Shown: positions 1 through 14,910 of the stretch, one piece after another | Numbering within the stretch: the stretch's first letter is position 1 | How the letters are laid out: every line of letters starts with the position of its first letter | NCBI RefSeq assembly: GCF_006345805.1 | Contig: NC_043001.1 | Location: forward strand, 113,832,001 to 113,896,000 | Origin: Octopus sinensis | Lineage: Eukaryota | Direction: 5' to 3' | DNA length: 64,000 nucleotides | Made by a program: the position numbers and the translations under genes | The notes under the pieces: generated by a model | Seen by the model: the letters and a program-made list of their open reading frames with translations, nothing else | Database searches by the model: none | What the model was told of the DNA's origin: nothing

Positions 1-526
1 TATTTCCATAAATAATAGTCTCTGCTCGAATAGGTCAGTGAAACTTTCCACTCTCTGCTCTTAGTCTTTACGCTTTTCTTTAACTTTTTTCTCCAACACC
101 ATAATGTCAGATCTAATAATTTATTAATAAATTTAATAAAAATAAAATAAAAGGCAAAAACGTTTACATAAAAATCCGAAAGAACAGTTCAGTAATTATT
201 GTATTATAATTTGTATATTTTTTGCGATGTTTTTCTGCCTTCATTCTTTCGCGTTTTCTGTTAGTATTATGGAATCCCATGATGCAAATTATGAGAGTAG
301 TAGTAGTAATAGTAGTAGTTTGACGACACACAGCTTCGGTATGATAGTACAAGCAGTCTTAATTCAAAATGACAAACTGTCCAATTGTTTATGAAATATA
401 GTTTACGGCCTCTTTCTGTTCGGGTTCCATGTACGAATCATTCGACCACATGCCAAAACACTACAATGAGAAAACGACAACAAAAGCACATACACGCAGG
501 CACAATCATACAGACATATATATATA

Positions 527-1132
527 CAAGTAGTATAACCCGGCCTTGCCCGGGATTAAGTTACGATTATTAAGCTAATCAAGTTCTTTATTTCAAACCA
601 AACTAAGTAATATAAACGTCAAATTTGGGCGAAATCCGTTGAAATTAGTTATATTATATATATATATACATATACATATATATATATATATATATGTTAT
701 ATATTATATATGTATATAATATAAATATATATGGGCAACAGACACGAACACACATACACACACATACGTAGATGCCGTCAAAAAAGCAATGGCTCTCTCT
801 CCCTCTCTCTCTCTCCCTCTCTCACTTTGTCTTTCCCGCGAAACTCTCTGCCTCCTTGTTCCACTTTTCTTTATCATATTTTTTTTTAGACGCCATCAAA
901 AAGCAATGGCTGATACTTGTTATGGTTAAAAGCTATGGTTGAAAATGGTTGAAAATAGATTTTTGCCCTATTCGCGGGTGCCTCGGGAAAACAATAAGTT
1001 GACAAAACCCAGAGAGGATGTTGACGGATGTCCTCCTAAAATTTGAGCGAAGTGCGTGCTAATTTGTGGACGTGCATAAATTACAATCACGTACACTCAC
1101 ACGCACACACATCCTCCCTTTTATAGATATGA
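527..1132 (-). mobile_element. Non-autonomous Helitron-like element, copy 1
   Basis: On the minus strand it starts TCATATCTATAAAAG (1132 downward). It ends with hairpin CCCGG-GCAAGG-CCGGG, then 8 nt, then CTTG|T (degenerate CTAG). Internal blocks recur at 1133-1260, 2266-2310 and 2841-2940. Confidence 0.7.
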
Positions 1133-2990
<1,858 letters not shown>

Positions 2991-3159
2991 CGTGCTTCCT
3001 GAATAACCATTGGACAAGCGACTCGGTGTAATGTTTGAAATTTTCTTTTCAAGTAAAGTTAAATTATTATTAAATTTTCATTCTTTTAAAAAAATATTTA
3101 CACATTTATTTTTCACCACTAATCTTCATACAGGGGCCGCATTTATCATCATTAGCAGC

Positions 3160-3370
3160 AGCAGCAATATCATTATCAGCAGTAGCAGCGGTAGTGGGAA
3201 TAGCAGTAGTTATGGCAGCAGCAACAGCAGCAGTAGCCCTAGTAGCAGCAGTAGCAGCAATAGCAGTAGTAGCAACAGCAGCAGTAGCAGTAATAGTAGT
3301 AGCGGCAGTGGCAGTAGCAGCGGCAGCGGTGGTAGCAGCAGCAGTAGTTGCAGCAACAACAGCAGCAGCC

Positions 3371-3401
<31 letters not shown>

Positions 3402-3454
3402 TATCATTATTATTATTATTATTATCGTTATCATTATCATTATCATTATTATTA

Positions 3455-3496
<42 letters not shown>

Positions 3497-3504
3497 TATT
3501 ATTA

Positions 3505-3557
<53 letters not shown>

Positions 3558-3564
3558 TTTATTA

Positions 3565-3638
<74 letters not shown>

Positions 3639-3722
3639 GTTATTGTTATTGTTATTGTTGTTGTTGTTGTTGTTGTTATTATTATTATTATTCTTGTTAT
3701 TATTATTATTATTATTATTAAA
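3160..3722. repeat. Compound trinucleotide microsatellite (AGC/AGT, ATT/ATC, TTG)
   Basis: Direct reading. It explains the poly-S/I/L and poly-A/Y ORFs at 3010-3759 and 3194-3721. Confidence 0.95.
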
Positions 3723-4394
3723 TAGATTTGCCTTTTTTTTTGGTCAGAGCGGTCTATAGCAAATATTTCATCATCTAGAAAGAAATAAAGAAAAAAAAAA
3801 AGAAGAGAATTATTTGAAAATCTTCATTGATGTAACGCTTGAGAGGAAACATTTACACAAAGTTTCGTCAGCCAATCAAATTCCTTCACTTGCAGCATTG
3901 GTGGGGGTGAAAAAATGGGATAAAAGTACGGGAGATTCTTTATGAACGCAATGAACGCAAATAGAATAATTATTTCATTTTTACTGTATTAACAATCAGA
4001 TGTGTCTAAAAATACATTTTGAATTCAAACGAAGACACTTGTGAGCGTTGAATCAATGTCTCTCAGACACAGTAACAATCCAAGAGATTGATTCCGATGT
4101 AAAAGAACGTAGTATTTAAAGAAATACTCTGCCATAGAAATGAATTCACATGTATTACTATTACAATACAATTAGTTAGCTATATGAGGTATTTTTCCCT
4201 TCTTCTGAATGTATCATTTTACATATTTGAAAAAGGCAAGCATATGTACTCTGTATATGTATGTAGCATCTATCTATCTATATAGCTACCTATCAGTCCC
4301 CTGTCTCTTTCTCTATATATAAATATGTATCTATGTATCCACCTATTTGTCTCTGTGTATCCCTCCTTCTCTCTCTCTCTCTCCCTCTGTAGAT

Positions 4395-4419
<25 letters not shown>

Positions 4420-4478
<59 letters not shown>

Positions 4479-4575
4479 ATAGGTAGATACAGAGAAAGAA
4501 AGATAGATAGATATATGCATTCACCCATACACAAACGCACACACACATATGTATATATATATATATGCATGTATG

Positions 4576-4630
<55 letters not shown>

Positions 4631-4751
4631 GTATATAGGTAGATACAGAGGAAGAAAGAAAGAAAGGTAGATAGATAGATAGATAGATAGATAGATATAT
4701 GCATTCACACATACACAAACGCACACACGCATATCTATACATATATACATG

Positions 4752-4827
<76 letters not shown>

Positions 4828-4943
4828 TATATATATGTATATATATATATGTATATAGGTATAGGTAGATACAAAGGAAGAAAGAAAGGAAGAAAGATAG
4901 ATAGATAGATACATGCATTCACACATACACAACGCACACACAC

Positions 4944-4990
<47 letters not shown>

Positions 4991-5065
4991 CATACATATA
5001 TATATGTACATACATACATGTGTATGTATATATATATATATATATAATATATATATATATATACC
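4420..5065. repeat. Compound microsatellite with a triplicated unit (GGTAGATAC...GATAGATAG...GCATTCAC.CATACACAA)
   Basis: The same core recurs at ~4481, ~4637 and ~4864, separated by (TA)n/(TATG)n tracts. Confidence 0.8.
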
Positions 5066-5838
5066 TTTCTGAATGTTAACATCGTAACTCAAATTCCACT
5101 ATGTTATCTATTTTATCCATCATAATAGGAATATGCAAGCATAACATTCAATGAAAAGAATTAAACTTTTTACATACTATACAATCGAATCACAATTGTT
5201 CGACAACAGATATTTGACAAAATCAAAATATATTTATTTAAAAGAGATATTATTTCTGAATTCAATAGCATAAGATTTCACGACATTTATATAAATCATA
5301 TAGAGGTTGAACGCGAATAATGAAAATTTAAAGCGATATAGATTCACAGTGTCATGGCGTCTGCTAATTTTGAGAGGAACCGTTTTGTTCGAGAACTGCA
5401 TGAGGTGTCGTTTAGAAAAAGGATTAAATATAGCATGTGAGCTTGGTACAGAGATTATATGGTTTAATATAGAGAAATCTATTAAATCTTTCACAGCTAT
5501 GCAGATTAAAATGTCGGTATAGAGAGGTAGCTGTGTATTTAAATTTAATTTCAATATTTTGTACGAAAAATAAACACAAATGAATGAAAGTTATATCAAT
5601 GAAGGTAAACCTACTACTTCTCTTAACCTGTCTCTTTGACACCCTTTCTTTTTTCATATAAGCACGCTCACACACTCGTACAAACACGCCCATACCCGCC
5701 CCCACACGCATATAGAGTCAGACACACACACACACGCGTAGAGAGAGGGCGAGAGTGGGGAGAGGGAGACCTGGTAAAACGACCGTGATAAATAGTAACC
5801 AATATATATATATATATATAACCAATATATATATATAT

Positions 5839-5983
5839 AATATGAATTAGAGATAAAACCACTATGACGCAACTCAAACAGTGATAGATATAAACCAATA
5901 CATAAATAGCAAATAATATATATAATTAATATAAATAACACTGTTTGAGTGACATCATAGTGGTTTTATCTCTAATTCATATT
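5839..5983. repeat. 45-bp-arm inverted repeat (MITE-like or RNA hairpin)
   Basis: Arms 5839-5883 and 5939-5983 are reverse complements with 3 mismatches. The spacer is 55 nt and AT-rich. Confidence 0.85.
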
Positions 5984-6075
5984 TTATATTTATATTGGGA
6001 AATTTGATGTAATACTAAATTGAATTTTTCCCTGTAAGTTTGGAGTTATACTCCCTAATATTATATATATATATA

Positions 6076-6430
6076 TTTTATCGTTTCCTAGTTTCAGTCA
6101 TTTGACTGCGGCCACACTAGGGCGCCGCCTCGAATGGTTTTAATCGAACAGTTCGACCCAAATATGTACCTTTTTTTTTTGAAGCCTAGCACTTAATCTA
6201 TTCTCTTTTGCCACCCGATAACGTGCAGGAACATAGATACACCAACACCGATTGTCAAGCGGTGGTGGTGTGACTAACAAAAAGAGAAAGGCACACACAT
6301 GGATATTTACACACACACACACATATGGGTATTTACACACACACGCACACACACAAGTACATATATACATACACACACAATTTTCTGTCTAACAAATCCA
6401 TTCAAAAGGTTTTGGTCGGCTATAATAGAA
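6076..6430 (-). mobile_element. Decayed SINE (family A), partial
   Basis: Tail-side motif GTTTCAGTCATTTGACTGCGGCCA and body motifs CCAACACCGATTGTCAAGCG and ACTCACAAAGG-like match the reverse complement of intact family A copies in this window. Confidence 0.65.
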
Positions 6431-6628
6431 AACACGATGTTTTTGCTGTGAGTTCGATAACCGGCAGCACGTTGCTTCCTTCAGCAAGACACTTTATTTC
6501 AAGCTACTTCAGTCCAGCCGGCAGGCAAAAAGCAGCAGTGCCTATATTAGTAGTACTTATATTTCAAAGGGCGGGCCATATTTTATTCTGGGACACGCTG
6601 AATGTCCACAAGACCTACATGAAGGGTA

Positions 6629-7010
6629 TCAAAGAAGCTTGAGAGGCGGTTGGATGGAACCTACACTCGCCTCCTTATGAGAGCTCAAAATATCTCGTGG
6701 AAGCGCCATCCAACCAAAATGCAAATATATGGGAAACTACCACCTGTGTCATCTCTTGTGAAAGGTAGAAGAGTCCAGTTTGCTGGACATTGTTGTAGAG
6801 CTGAAAAAGAAGTAATTTCTACTCTTCTCCTCTGGAAGCCATCTACTCGCAATACCAGAGGGCGTACACTCTCCTACCCTGATGTAATCTCCAGGGATAC
6901 AGGCATCCAGCAACAGGACCTCCGTAATGCCATGATGGACCGTGAAGTCTGGCGTAGCATGGTAAATTCCATTGTCTCCACCACGGTCGAACAATGATGA
7001 TGATGATGAT
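6629..7010 (+). mobile_element. 5'-truncated RTE-like non-LTR retrotransposon (3' end of ORF plus (TGA)n tail)
   Basis: Translation KKLERRLDGTYTRLLMRAQNISW...RRVQFAGHCCR...DREVWRSMV...EQ* matches the post-RT C-terminal motifs of RTE-type LINEs. It is followed directly by (TGA)5. It interrupts a decayed family B SINE (6540-6628 / 7011-7150). Confidence 0.8.
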
Positions 7011-7641
7011 GTGCCTATAGAGTATTCAACCACTTGTACGTTTTTTCCCAAGCCTTAACTTGTACGTCAATTTCATGATCGGATGAACGTTAATTTCACG
7101 TTCATCAGAACAACTGTTGCTCCCGTCAACTAACCGACCGGATGCCAGTGTTTGCTCTTTAGCTTGCGTGCGCGAGTGTGTGTACAATAATTTATATGCG
7201 TGTGTTCATCACAGTTAAGAGTTAATATTGAATTTGGTGACTTTAGTGATTGTAAGCCGGATAACTGAAACCATTCATGAATCTATTTTATCGTAGCCAA
7301 GGTTTTTGGTCACAGTAAATACCGACGCTGATGAAAATTGACCTGTCACTCAATAGATGTTAACGGCAATGGTAGTAAGTCCTTTGAAGCCTCATTAGAA
7401 ACTCATTAGATATTAAGTGGGAATGGTGTGGAGAGGTGTGTATTTCGAGATTGGTTTCGTTAGAAATAAAATATTGAAACCAGGTGACGATCCATACATT
7501 TTAAAAGCAGATGAGAATACGAATATGATATAGGGTTACATGTGAACCGAAACCACAGATGATGCACGGAATTTTGATATAGTACCATTATATGACCTTA
7601 TCACCTTTCTTAGTAAATTTTCCATTCAAACGTTAATCAAA

Positions 7642-8185
7642 TAGGCGCAGAAGTGGCTATGTGGTAAGTAGCCATATGTGCAGGAGTGGCTGTGTGGTAA
7701 GTAGCCATAGGTGCAGGAGTGGCTGTGTGGTAAGTAGCCATAGGTGCAGGAGTGGCTGTGTGGTAAGTAGCCATAGGCGCAGGAGTGGCTGTGTGGTAAG
7801 TAGCTTGCTTACGAATCCCATGGTTCCGGGTTCATTCTCACTGCGTGGCACCTTGGGCAAGTGTCTTCTATTATAGCCTCGGGCCGACCAAAGCCTTGTG
7901 AGTGGATTTGGTAGACGGAAATTGGAAGAAGCCCGTCGTATATATGCATATATATATGTATGTGTGTGTATATGTTTGTGTGTCTGTCCCCACCCCCAAC
8001 AACATCGCTTGACAACTGATGGTGGTGTATTCACATCCCCGTAACTTAGCGGTTCGACAAAAAGAGACCGATAGTACAAGGATTCCACAGAATAAGTCCT
8101 GGGGTCGATTTGCTCTACTAAATCTGGTACTCCAGCATGGCTGCAGTCAAATGACTGAAACAAGTAAAAGAGTAAAAGAGTAAAG
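7642..8185 (+). mobile_element. tRNA-derived SINE (family A, CORE-like) with a tandemly amplified head
   Basis: A-box TGGCTGTGTGG, B-box-like GGTTCATTCTC, CORE-like CCTTGGGCAAGTG, internal (TA)(TG) tract, and (AGTAAAAG)n tail. The 33-bp head is repeated four extra times. Confidence 0.9.
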
Positions 8186-8276
8186 TGAGCAGTATTCAAG
8201 CAAATATTTTAAAAGTGATACACGGGATACCATATTAAAAATAATAAGATGGATAATAAGCTAATGCACAGAATTG

Positions 8277-8659
8277 TGGAAGCACTCCGTCGGTTACGAC
8301 AACGAGGGTTCCGGTTGATCCGATCAACGGAACAGCCTGCTCGTGAAATTAACGTGTAAGTGGCTGAGCACTCCACAGACACGTGCACCCTTAACGTAGT
8401 TCTCGGGGATATTCAGCGTGACACAGAGAGTGTCAAGGCCGGCCCTTTGAAATACAGGTACAACAGAAACAGGAAGTAAGAGTGAGAGAAATTTGTGGTG
8501 AAAGAGTACAGCAGGGATCACCACCATCCCTGCCGGAGCCTGGTGGAGCTTTTAGGTGTTTTCGCTCAATAAACACTCACAACGCCCGGTTTGGGAATCG
8601 AAACCGTGATCCTACGACCGCGAGTCCGCTGCCCTAACCACTGGGCCATTGCGCCTCCA
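8277..8659 (-). mobile_element. tRNA-derived SINE (family B), full length
   Basis: Minus-strand head TGGAGGCGCAATGGCCCAGTGGTTAGGGCAGCGG...GGTTTCGATTCCC (A and B boxes). 13-bp TSD AATGCACAGAATT at 8263-8275 and 8659-8671. Confidence 0.92.
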
Positions 8660-8839
8660 ATGCACAGAATTACCTTCTATTTCATTGTCTCTTTTATTCT
8701 TACAAAATACGGCGTTTGAAGATCTTATAATACGTGTTTTGATGAAGGGTGCGCTGAGCTATGGAAGGGTGATTACCAGAAAACCAGTAGCGTGATCGAA
8801 CGAATTTAAATAGTGTAAGGCGTTTGATAGTGGTTTCAA

Positions 8840-9040
8840 ATTTTGGCACAAGGCCTGAAATTATGGTGGTGGACGTTATTTGATTACATCGACCCCAGTG
8901 CTCAACTATTACTTATTTTACCGACAGTGAAATAATAAAAGGCTATGTCATCTTCACTGGTATTTGAACTCAGGATGTAAAGACGGACGAAATGGCGCTA
9001 AGCATGATGCCAGGCGTGCCAACGATTCTACAACTCCCCG
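8840..9040 (-). mobile_element. Diverged SINE (family D)
   Basis: GGCACAAGGCCTGAAAT...ATCGACCCCAGTG...TTTGAACTCAG...GACGGACGAAAT, homologous to 33467-33672 and 42295-42521. Confidence 0.7.
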
Positions 9041-9764
9041 CGTTCGTAAGGCATTTAAAATTGAAAATGATTTAGCGTTTTATACAAAGATGACAGTAAC
9101 AATTAAAATGAAACTTAAATAAGCCACCATAACCAACTTAGTCACATAAAATTCATTAAAATTTTCTCATCTACTGCTATAGATAATAACACATTCATAT
9201 AACTTCAAATGAAACGATGTATAGCGCGCCACTGCGTCCTGCAGGAAAGACGACATTGATAAGAACAGAAATTCTATAAACGCATTCAATAAAATACAAC
9301 GCAATCCACAATTTATTTGCCTGTTAGGACTCATTTTCAGTTATTATTATTCAGTTAAAATGACTGGAGGCGATATCTTACAAATATCGCCAAAAGTCAC
9401 TACGAGATAATTATATTTAAACGAATAAAATTAGCTAATAACCATTTCATAGGGTATTTAAAAAAAGATGCTACTAATGGTGAGGTAGGGTTAGAGGAAA
9501 GAATTAGTTAGATAGCTGGCGATGTGGGAGGACTCCATGTTAAATTTGCAAGGATTATTAATAAAGGGGGATTAAGCGCTGTAGTAGCTGCGAATTCCGG
9601 AGTCATTGCTCGAAGGTAGATATGTAGCACGTATTAAGAATTTATCCACCCTTGAGGCCGTATAGCTCTACTTGTTCATCAGAAGATGAGATTGATTATA
9701 GCGATAAAATAGCAGATAATTAAGAGAATATTACCTTTGATTCAATATATTTAATTAAAGAAAT

Positions 9765-10030
9765 ATAACAACAACAACAACGACAATGATAATAACCATT
9801 TATCATCAACGAAGAGAAAATGCGCTGAAGATGTCGATAATCATGATAATGATGATAAAATTTATGATAATGATAATAAAGATGTTTATAGTAATGGTGA
9901 TAACGATACTGGCAATTATTTTGTATGTGGTTATCGTAGTGGTGGATGTACTACTACTACTACTACTACTACTATACTACTACTACTACGACTGCTGCTG
10001 CTGCTACTTACGCTATTATCGACCACAGCA
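9765..10030. repeat. Degenerate trinucleotide repeats (AAC, ATG/ATA, CTA, CTG)
   Basis: Direct reading. It explains ORF 9786-10034. Confidence 0.85.
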
Positions 10031-13000
10031 GTAATGTCAATGCTTAATTTCTCCCATAATGACAATGTGGAAACCATATATTATGGTTTATCGCTCGTTC
10101 AAGTACCGAGTAGCACTTAGACTCTCCATATAAATTCATTAAGATAAATCTTTCACGAACATTAACTGTACTAACACATATTAATGACTTATATTAAGAA
10201 CAATACTTTTCTTTGTTAGCTTATATGATAATGCATTTAGACGCTTAAAGCATATTTATACGATTAAAACATATATTTATATACTTCTGTTTTGTTATAG
10301 AATGATTTTCTTGGCAATTAACGTGATACAATTGGTTTTGTGTTCGTTTATTGAATTGATTTATTTGCTGTTTCGATTCTTATGTAAATATTTCTTATTT
10401 AGTAATGACACAATTTGATTTAAGTAAATATAATCATAGTTAAATGTCAGTAGATGAAAATAAAAACAAAGATATGCAGACAAAATGTAGATGTAGCGTA
10501 GCATATAAATTATGCATGTAAGGTTAGATATATAAAGCTAATGCATATTTAATATTCTTATGAAGCACGCTTGGGATCAAAACATGTAAAGAGTGCGAGC
10601 GGAACGGATAATACAAGAATTAAGATTATGACCTTATTTTTAGAAAAGCAAATTACTTTGAATTCTAAGAATTTCTGCGTTTATTTATCGATGTCGCTGG
10701 AAACGTTAAAAATAAAATATCTTTTTCTATATCTCTCTTCATCTCTCTCACTCTCTTACTCACATATACACACATATACTCAAAGACATATACGTCAGCA
10801 CCATCCTACAGCCTAAAATGGGAATGCAGTAATGTTATCTTTGGTTCCTTTTTCATGAAGACTTTATTATTAAAATACGGAAAGAAGTGATGCTCATGAT
10901 TTGAATTTTTGCAAACCATAATTTTTCTAGTCAAAGCCCATCTGGTTCAAAGAAAGAAAAAAAAAACTTAATTAACGCAAGAACACCATTTCATTTGCTC
11001 TGAGGTGCTGTGTGTAATTCTGTTCAAATTTACTCTCTATAAAATTGTCCCTGTAATTATTGTACAAGAAAATTAAATAGACATTGATAAATGTAGAAAT
11101 TTACATATATAATTTCAGGTGAAAATATTTTGTGCTGACTCCACTGCTCGACTGGCACTTATTTTATAGCCTCAGAAAGGATGAAAGACATAGTCGACCT
11201 AAAGACATAAGAAATGCTGTGCTAACCTTTCTGCCAGCACGCCGCCTTCCCAGTTGAAAAATATTGCCTCCAAAATCGAAACCCCAGATATTTTTTACAA
11301 TGTTTTATCAGTTGTAGAAAATAGTGTACATTGAAACAATAACAGACGGTCAATGGGAGATCCCTTCTGTTAAGTTGCAATAACAATCAATTTCAACAGT
11401 TTTGTTTAGCGAAGATTATCATTGCAGTTAATGGAATTCCCGAATACAAACTATTACTCAAAAGTTTTACTAATTATGTGATCACCGAATAGTCTGATGC
11501 CTAACTGAATTACTAATTTAAGAATGGCAGTACTCTACGAGGAAACGTTACTCACTGAATTTCACGAATAAATATTGAAATTGTTTTCAATAATCTCTAT
11601 ATGGAATAAGCAATAAGACTTCCAAATAATTGGAGACTTTTAATCCATCTTCATGACAATATCTTCCCGTGGAAAACGATTAAATTTTTTCAATATCTTT
11701 GTGCTTTCCTTTACTATAAATTTAAATTTCTTTAGGTTACAACAAAATCTTGCACATAATCCAGAAACACTTTCTTTAATGAAATCTGTACATTGATTCA
11801 AAGATAGATAACGAGGTGATACGTATCTTCTTAACTACAGTTCCATACCTTACTGCGGGTGAAGGTTCCAGTAGTATAAGAGATGTTCCACAGAAATGAT
11901 GTTGACAGTTACTCATTTAACCCTTATCTAAGAAGAGTCTCGTCTATTCTACAGGATGGAGATTATTACTAGGGCAGAAAAATGACAAGATATTAATGAT
12001 AAAACAAATTCTATATTAATCATGCAAAAAGCTAATTATTATTCCTAACAAAAACGTTTCTGACTATTAATAAGAAATGGAATTTGGTTGATACATAGTG
12101 TAAGGAATACTACGAGAGATTTTCATGATTTCCTAACTCGCAGAGGGAAAATATGAATGAGATCTCCACAGGACTGTACTTACAATGCAGAGATCCAGCA
12201 TATATACCCCAAAACTGCTCGACATCCTGGCACCGCAGCCAATTTGTTGTTTTGCTAGTGATTAAGAACATAATTATTAGTTGTAATCTCTCTCGTCACA
12301 ATAATACACTGTCGAAATAGGAGGTATTAAGGAAGTCTAAGAGGGATTGCGTAATGCCTCTTAGAGCAAATAAGTTACATCCGTATAAAAGGACATCACA
12401 CTTTATAAGGTCAAGCGTACTTTACCTATTCTAATTTCGATTTTCAAAGAAACATTCCCTCTCTCTGTATATATATATATATGTTTCACATATTTGCTTT
12501 ATGATATAGTCTGTAAGTTTTAATTTAGAGAACTCACTTTATAAATACAGTGGTATAACCAACAAACATTTGTGATAAAAGCCGCATCTGTATAATTTCA
12601 CAGAAATTAATATTGATATTTTAAGTTTGAAAACTTTACTCAATATTATTTGTTATTTTAAACGTCTCTCGTTTTATACAAATAAATTATTCATTGTCAA
12701 ACGTCCCAAAATTTTTATTTTTTTATTTTCTGAATAAAATTTAATATGATGTGTTTCGTCTCGTTAAAAAATATCTAAGTATAAATAAATTATTCATATA
12801 AACATTCCTGAGGAAACGCACATATATAAAGGAACCCATTTTGAATACAGAAATAAGCACTCACACACATACACACATGCACGCACAGAGATAGACACAC
12901 ACATACACAAACCCGCAAACGCATACACATATATGTGTGTGTGTGTGTGTGGATATATGTGCAGGTATATATATCTGTGTGTATATAAATATACACACAA

Positions 13001-13083
13001 ACATATATATGTACATATACATATGTATACATATACATATTTATAAATATACACATATACATACGTATATTTTTATATACATT

Positions 13084-13089
<6 letters not shown>

Positions 13090-13118
<29 letters not shown>

Positions 13119-13678
13119 ATATACATAAGAACACGCTCATAAACACACGCACATATATACATATATACACAAACACACGCGCATATAAACACACATACAT
13201 ATTATACACACGTTTTTTTATCCGTTTCTTGTGTGTAAAATGATATACAAACCGTTTCGCATGATGTTTAGTGAAACCATATGAATGATGTTTAGCATGG
13301 AAGCAAAGAAATCTTAAGGTTTATCAGCAAAACCAACATCTACGGATGTCTCAAACTAACGTCTTATATGTATGTTACTTCAATTCTACTGTATATGATC
13401 TGTAAAGGAAAATGCCTCGGTAAAAAATGTTAAGCAAAGTCAAGAAAATGGGTGGTTGAGAAACATTGAGGAATGCAAATAAAAAAGCTAAAACGAAAAA
13501 ACGAAAAGATGGAAGAATCCAGTGGCTGACTTACGGCTGAGAATGATGGTTATGACTTATTCTCTGTATATGCAACATCACTCTACTGTGGATTTTGACT
13601 GATTGAATACAGAATGTAAACAGACGCACGTGCATACACGTGTATGCATGAATGTATGTATATATGTATGTGTGTACG

Positions 13679-13713
<35 letters not shown>

Positions 13714-14290
13714 ATATACATAAGAACACGCTCATAAACACACGCACATATATACATATATACACAAACACACGCGCATATAAACACACATACATATTTA
13801 TACACACGTTTGTTTATCCGTTTCTTGTGTGTAAAATGATATACAAACCGTTTCGCATGATGTTTAGTGAAACCATATGAATGATGTTTAGCATGGAAGC
13901 AAAGAAATCTTAAGGTTTATCAGCAAAACCAACATCTACGGATGTCTCAAACTAACGTCTTATATGTATGTTACTTCAATTCTACTGTATATGATCTGTA
14001 AAGGAAAATGCCTCGGTAAAAAATGTTAAGCAAAGTCAAGAAAATGGGTGGTTGAGAAACATTGAGGAATGCAAATAAAAAAGCTAAAACGAAAAAACGA
14101 AAAGATGGAAGAATCCAGTGGCTGACTTACGGCTGAGAATGATGGTTATGACTTATTCTCTGTATATGCAACATCACTCTACTGTGGATTTTGACTGATT
14201 GAATACAGAATGTAAACAGACGCACGTGCATACACGTGTATGCATGAATGTATGTATATATGTATGTGTGTACGTATATATATATATATA
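13090..14290. repeat. Near-perfect tandem duplication, period 596 bp
   Basis: Identical landmarks offset by 596 (TCCGTTTCTTG at 13221 and 13817; CAAGAAAATGG at 13441 and 14037). Units are bounded by (TA)n tracts. Confidence 0.92.
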
Positions 14291-14317
14291 TGTATTAAAT
14301 ATATGTTTATATATATG

Positions 14318-14352
<35 letters not shown>

Positions 14353-14355
<3 letters not shown>

Positions 14356-14910
14356 GCCCTGATGCAGTACCAGGCAGTGGCTCTCATGGCTTCTGATCTT
14401 AACTGATTGGAAGTGTTATCATGTACATTGTTTTGTCTTGGTATAAAAGATGGGCTACAGCAAATATTCTGCTCAATACCACAGATTTGCTTGTCAGTTG
14501 TTTGACCATAACCAGTTGAGCATGTCCCTTAGTGGCTGACGATATGTGCATCTCTGATCACGAGCAGAAGTAGTGGGGGAGCATCATAGCCATGTGTTGA
14601 GAGGGATTCTTTGGGGTTTGAATAATTCACCTCTGGAAACATGGGTGGTTCTTTCAACATCCTTAAACAACCCTTATTCAGGGACCTTTTGAGCGGGATG
14701 GGCTACTCAACCTGAAGAAAATTCTAACTGGGCCCCACCTGCAAGGTCATGTGCTGTTTATCTTGATATGAGATCACCATGTCGCGCACATATGGTTGTG
14801 ATGCATGTGCCTGGTGTACCTTTATCAGACGGGTAGTCATGATGGGTATATTGGGCTTCGTATATTTTACCCCAGTATCACTTTGATGGCATGCACTGCT
14901 CTCTCACTCA
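14353..14910. mobile_element. Unclassified ~560-bp interspersed element flanked by (AAT)n on both sides
   Basis: Higher-GC, non-coding block with sharp borders against (AAT)n at 14325-14352 and 14911-14960. Confidence 0.6.

Noticed and set aside
3010-3759. 249-aa ORF, the longest in the window
   Set aside because: It is a read-through of AGC/AGT/ATT/TTG microsatellites (poly-S, poly-I, poly-L), with no evidence of being a gene.
7095-7115. Minus-strand CTGATGA-ACGT-GAAA
   Set aside because: Only 4 nt separate the boxes, so helix II cannot form. It lies in a decayed SINE with a local fold-back duplication.
7641-7805. Regularly spaced 33-bp repeats as a CRISPR array
   Set aside because: There are no unique spacers, the units are SINE heads, and the context is eukaryotic.
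8570-8659. tRNA-like sequences at SINE heads (also 22970-23053, 36530-36616, 37200-37270, 18190-18250)
   Set aside because: They have A and B boxes but continue into SINE bodies, several with TSDs, and lack a complete cloverleaf. They are not tRNA genes.
12184-12254. 71-nt minus-strand candidate exon (TAG acceptor, GTAAGT donor)
   Set aside because: Only splice-like signals support it, no frame gives a recognisable protein, and such signals are expected by chance.
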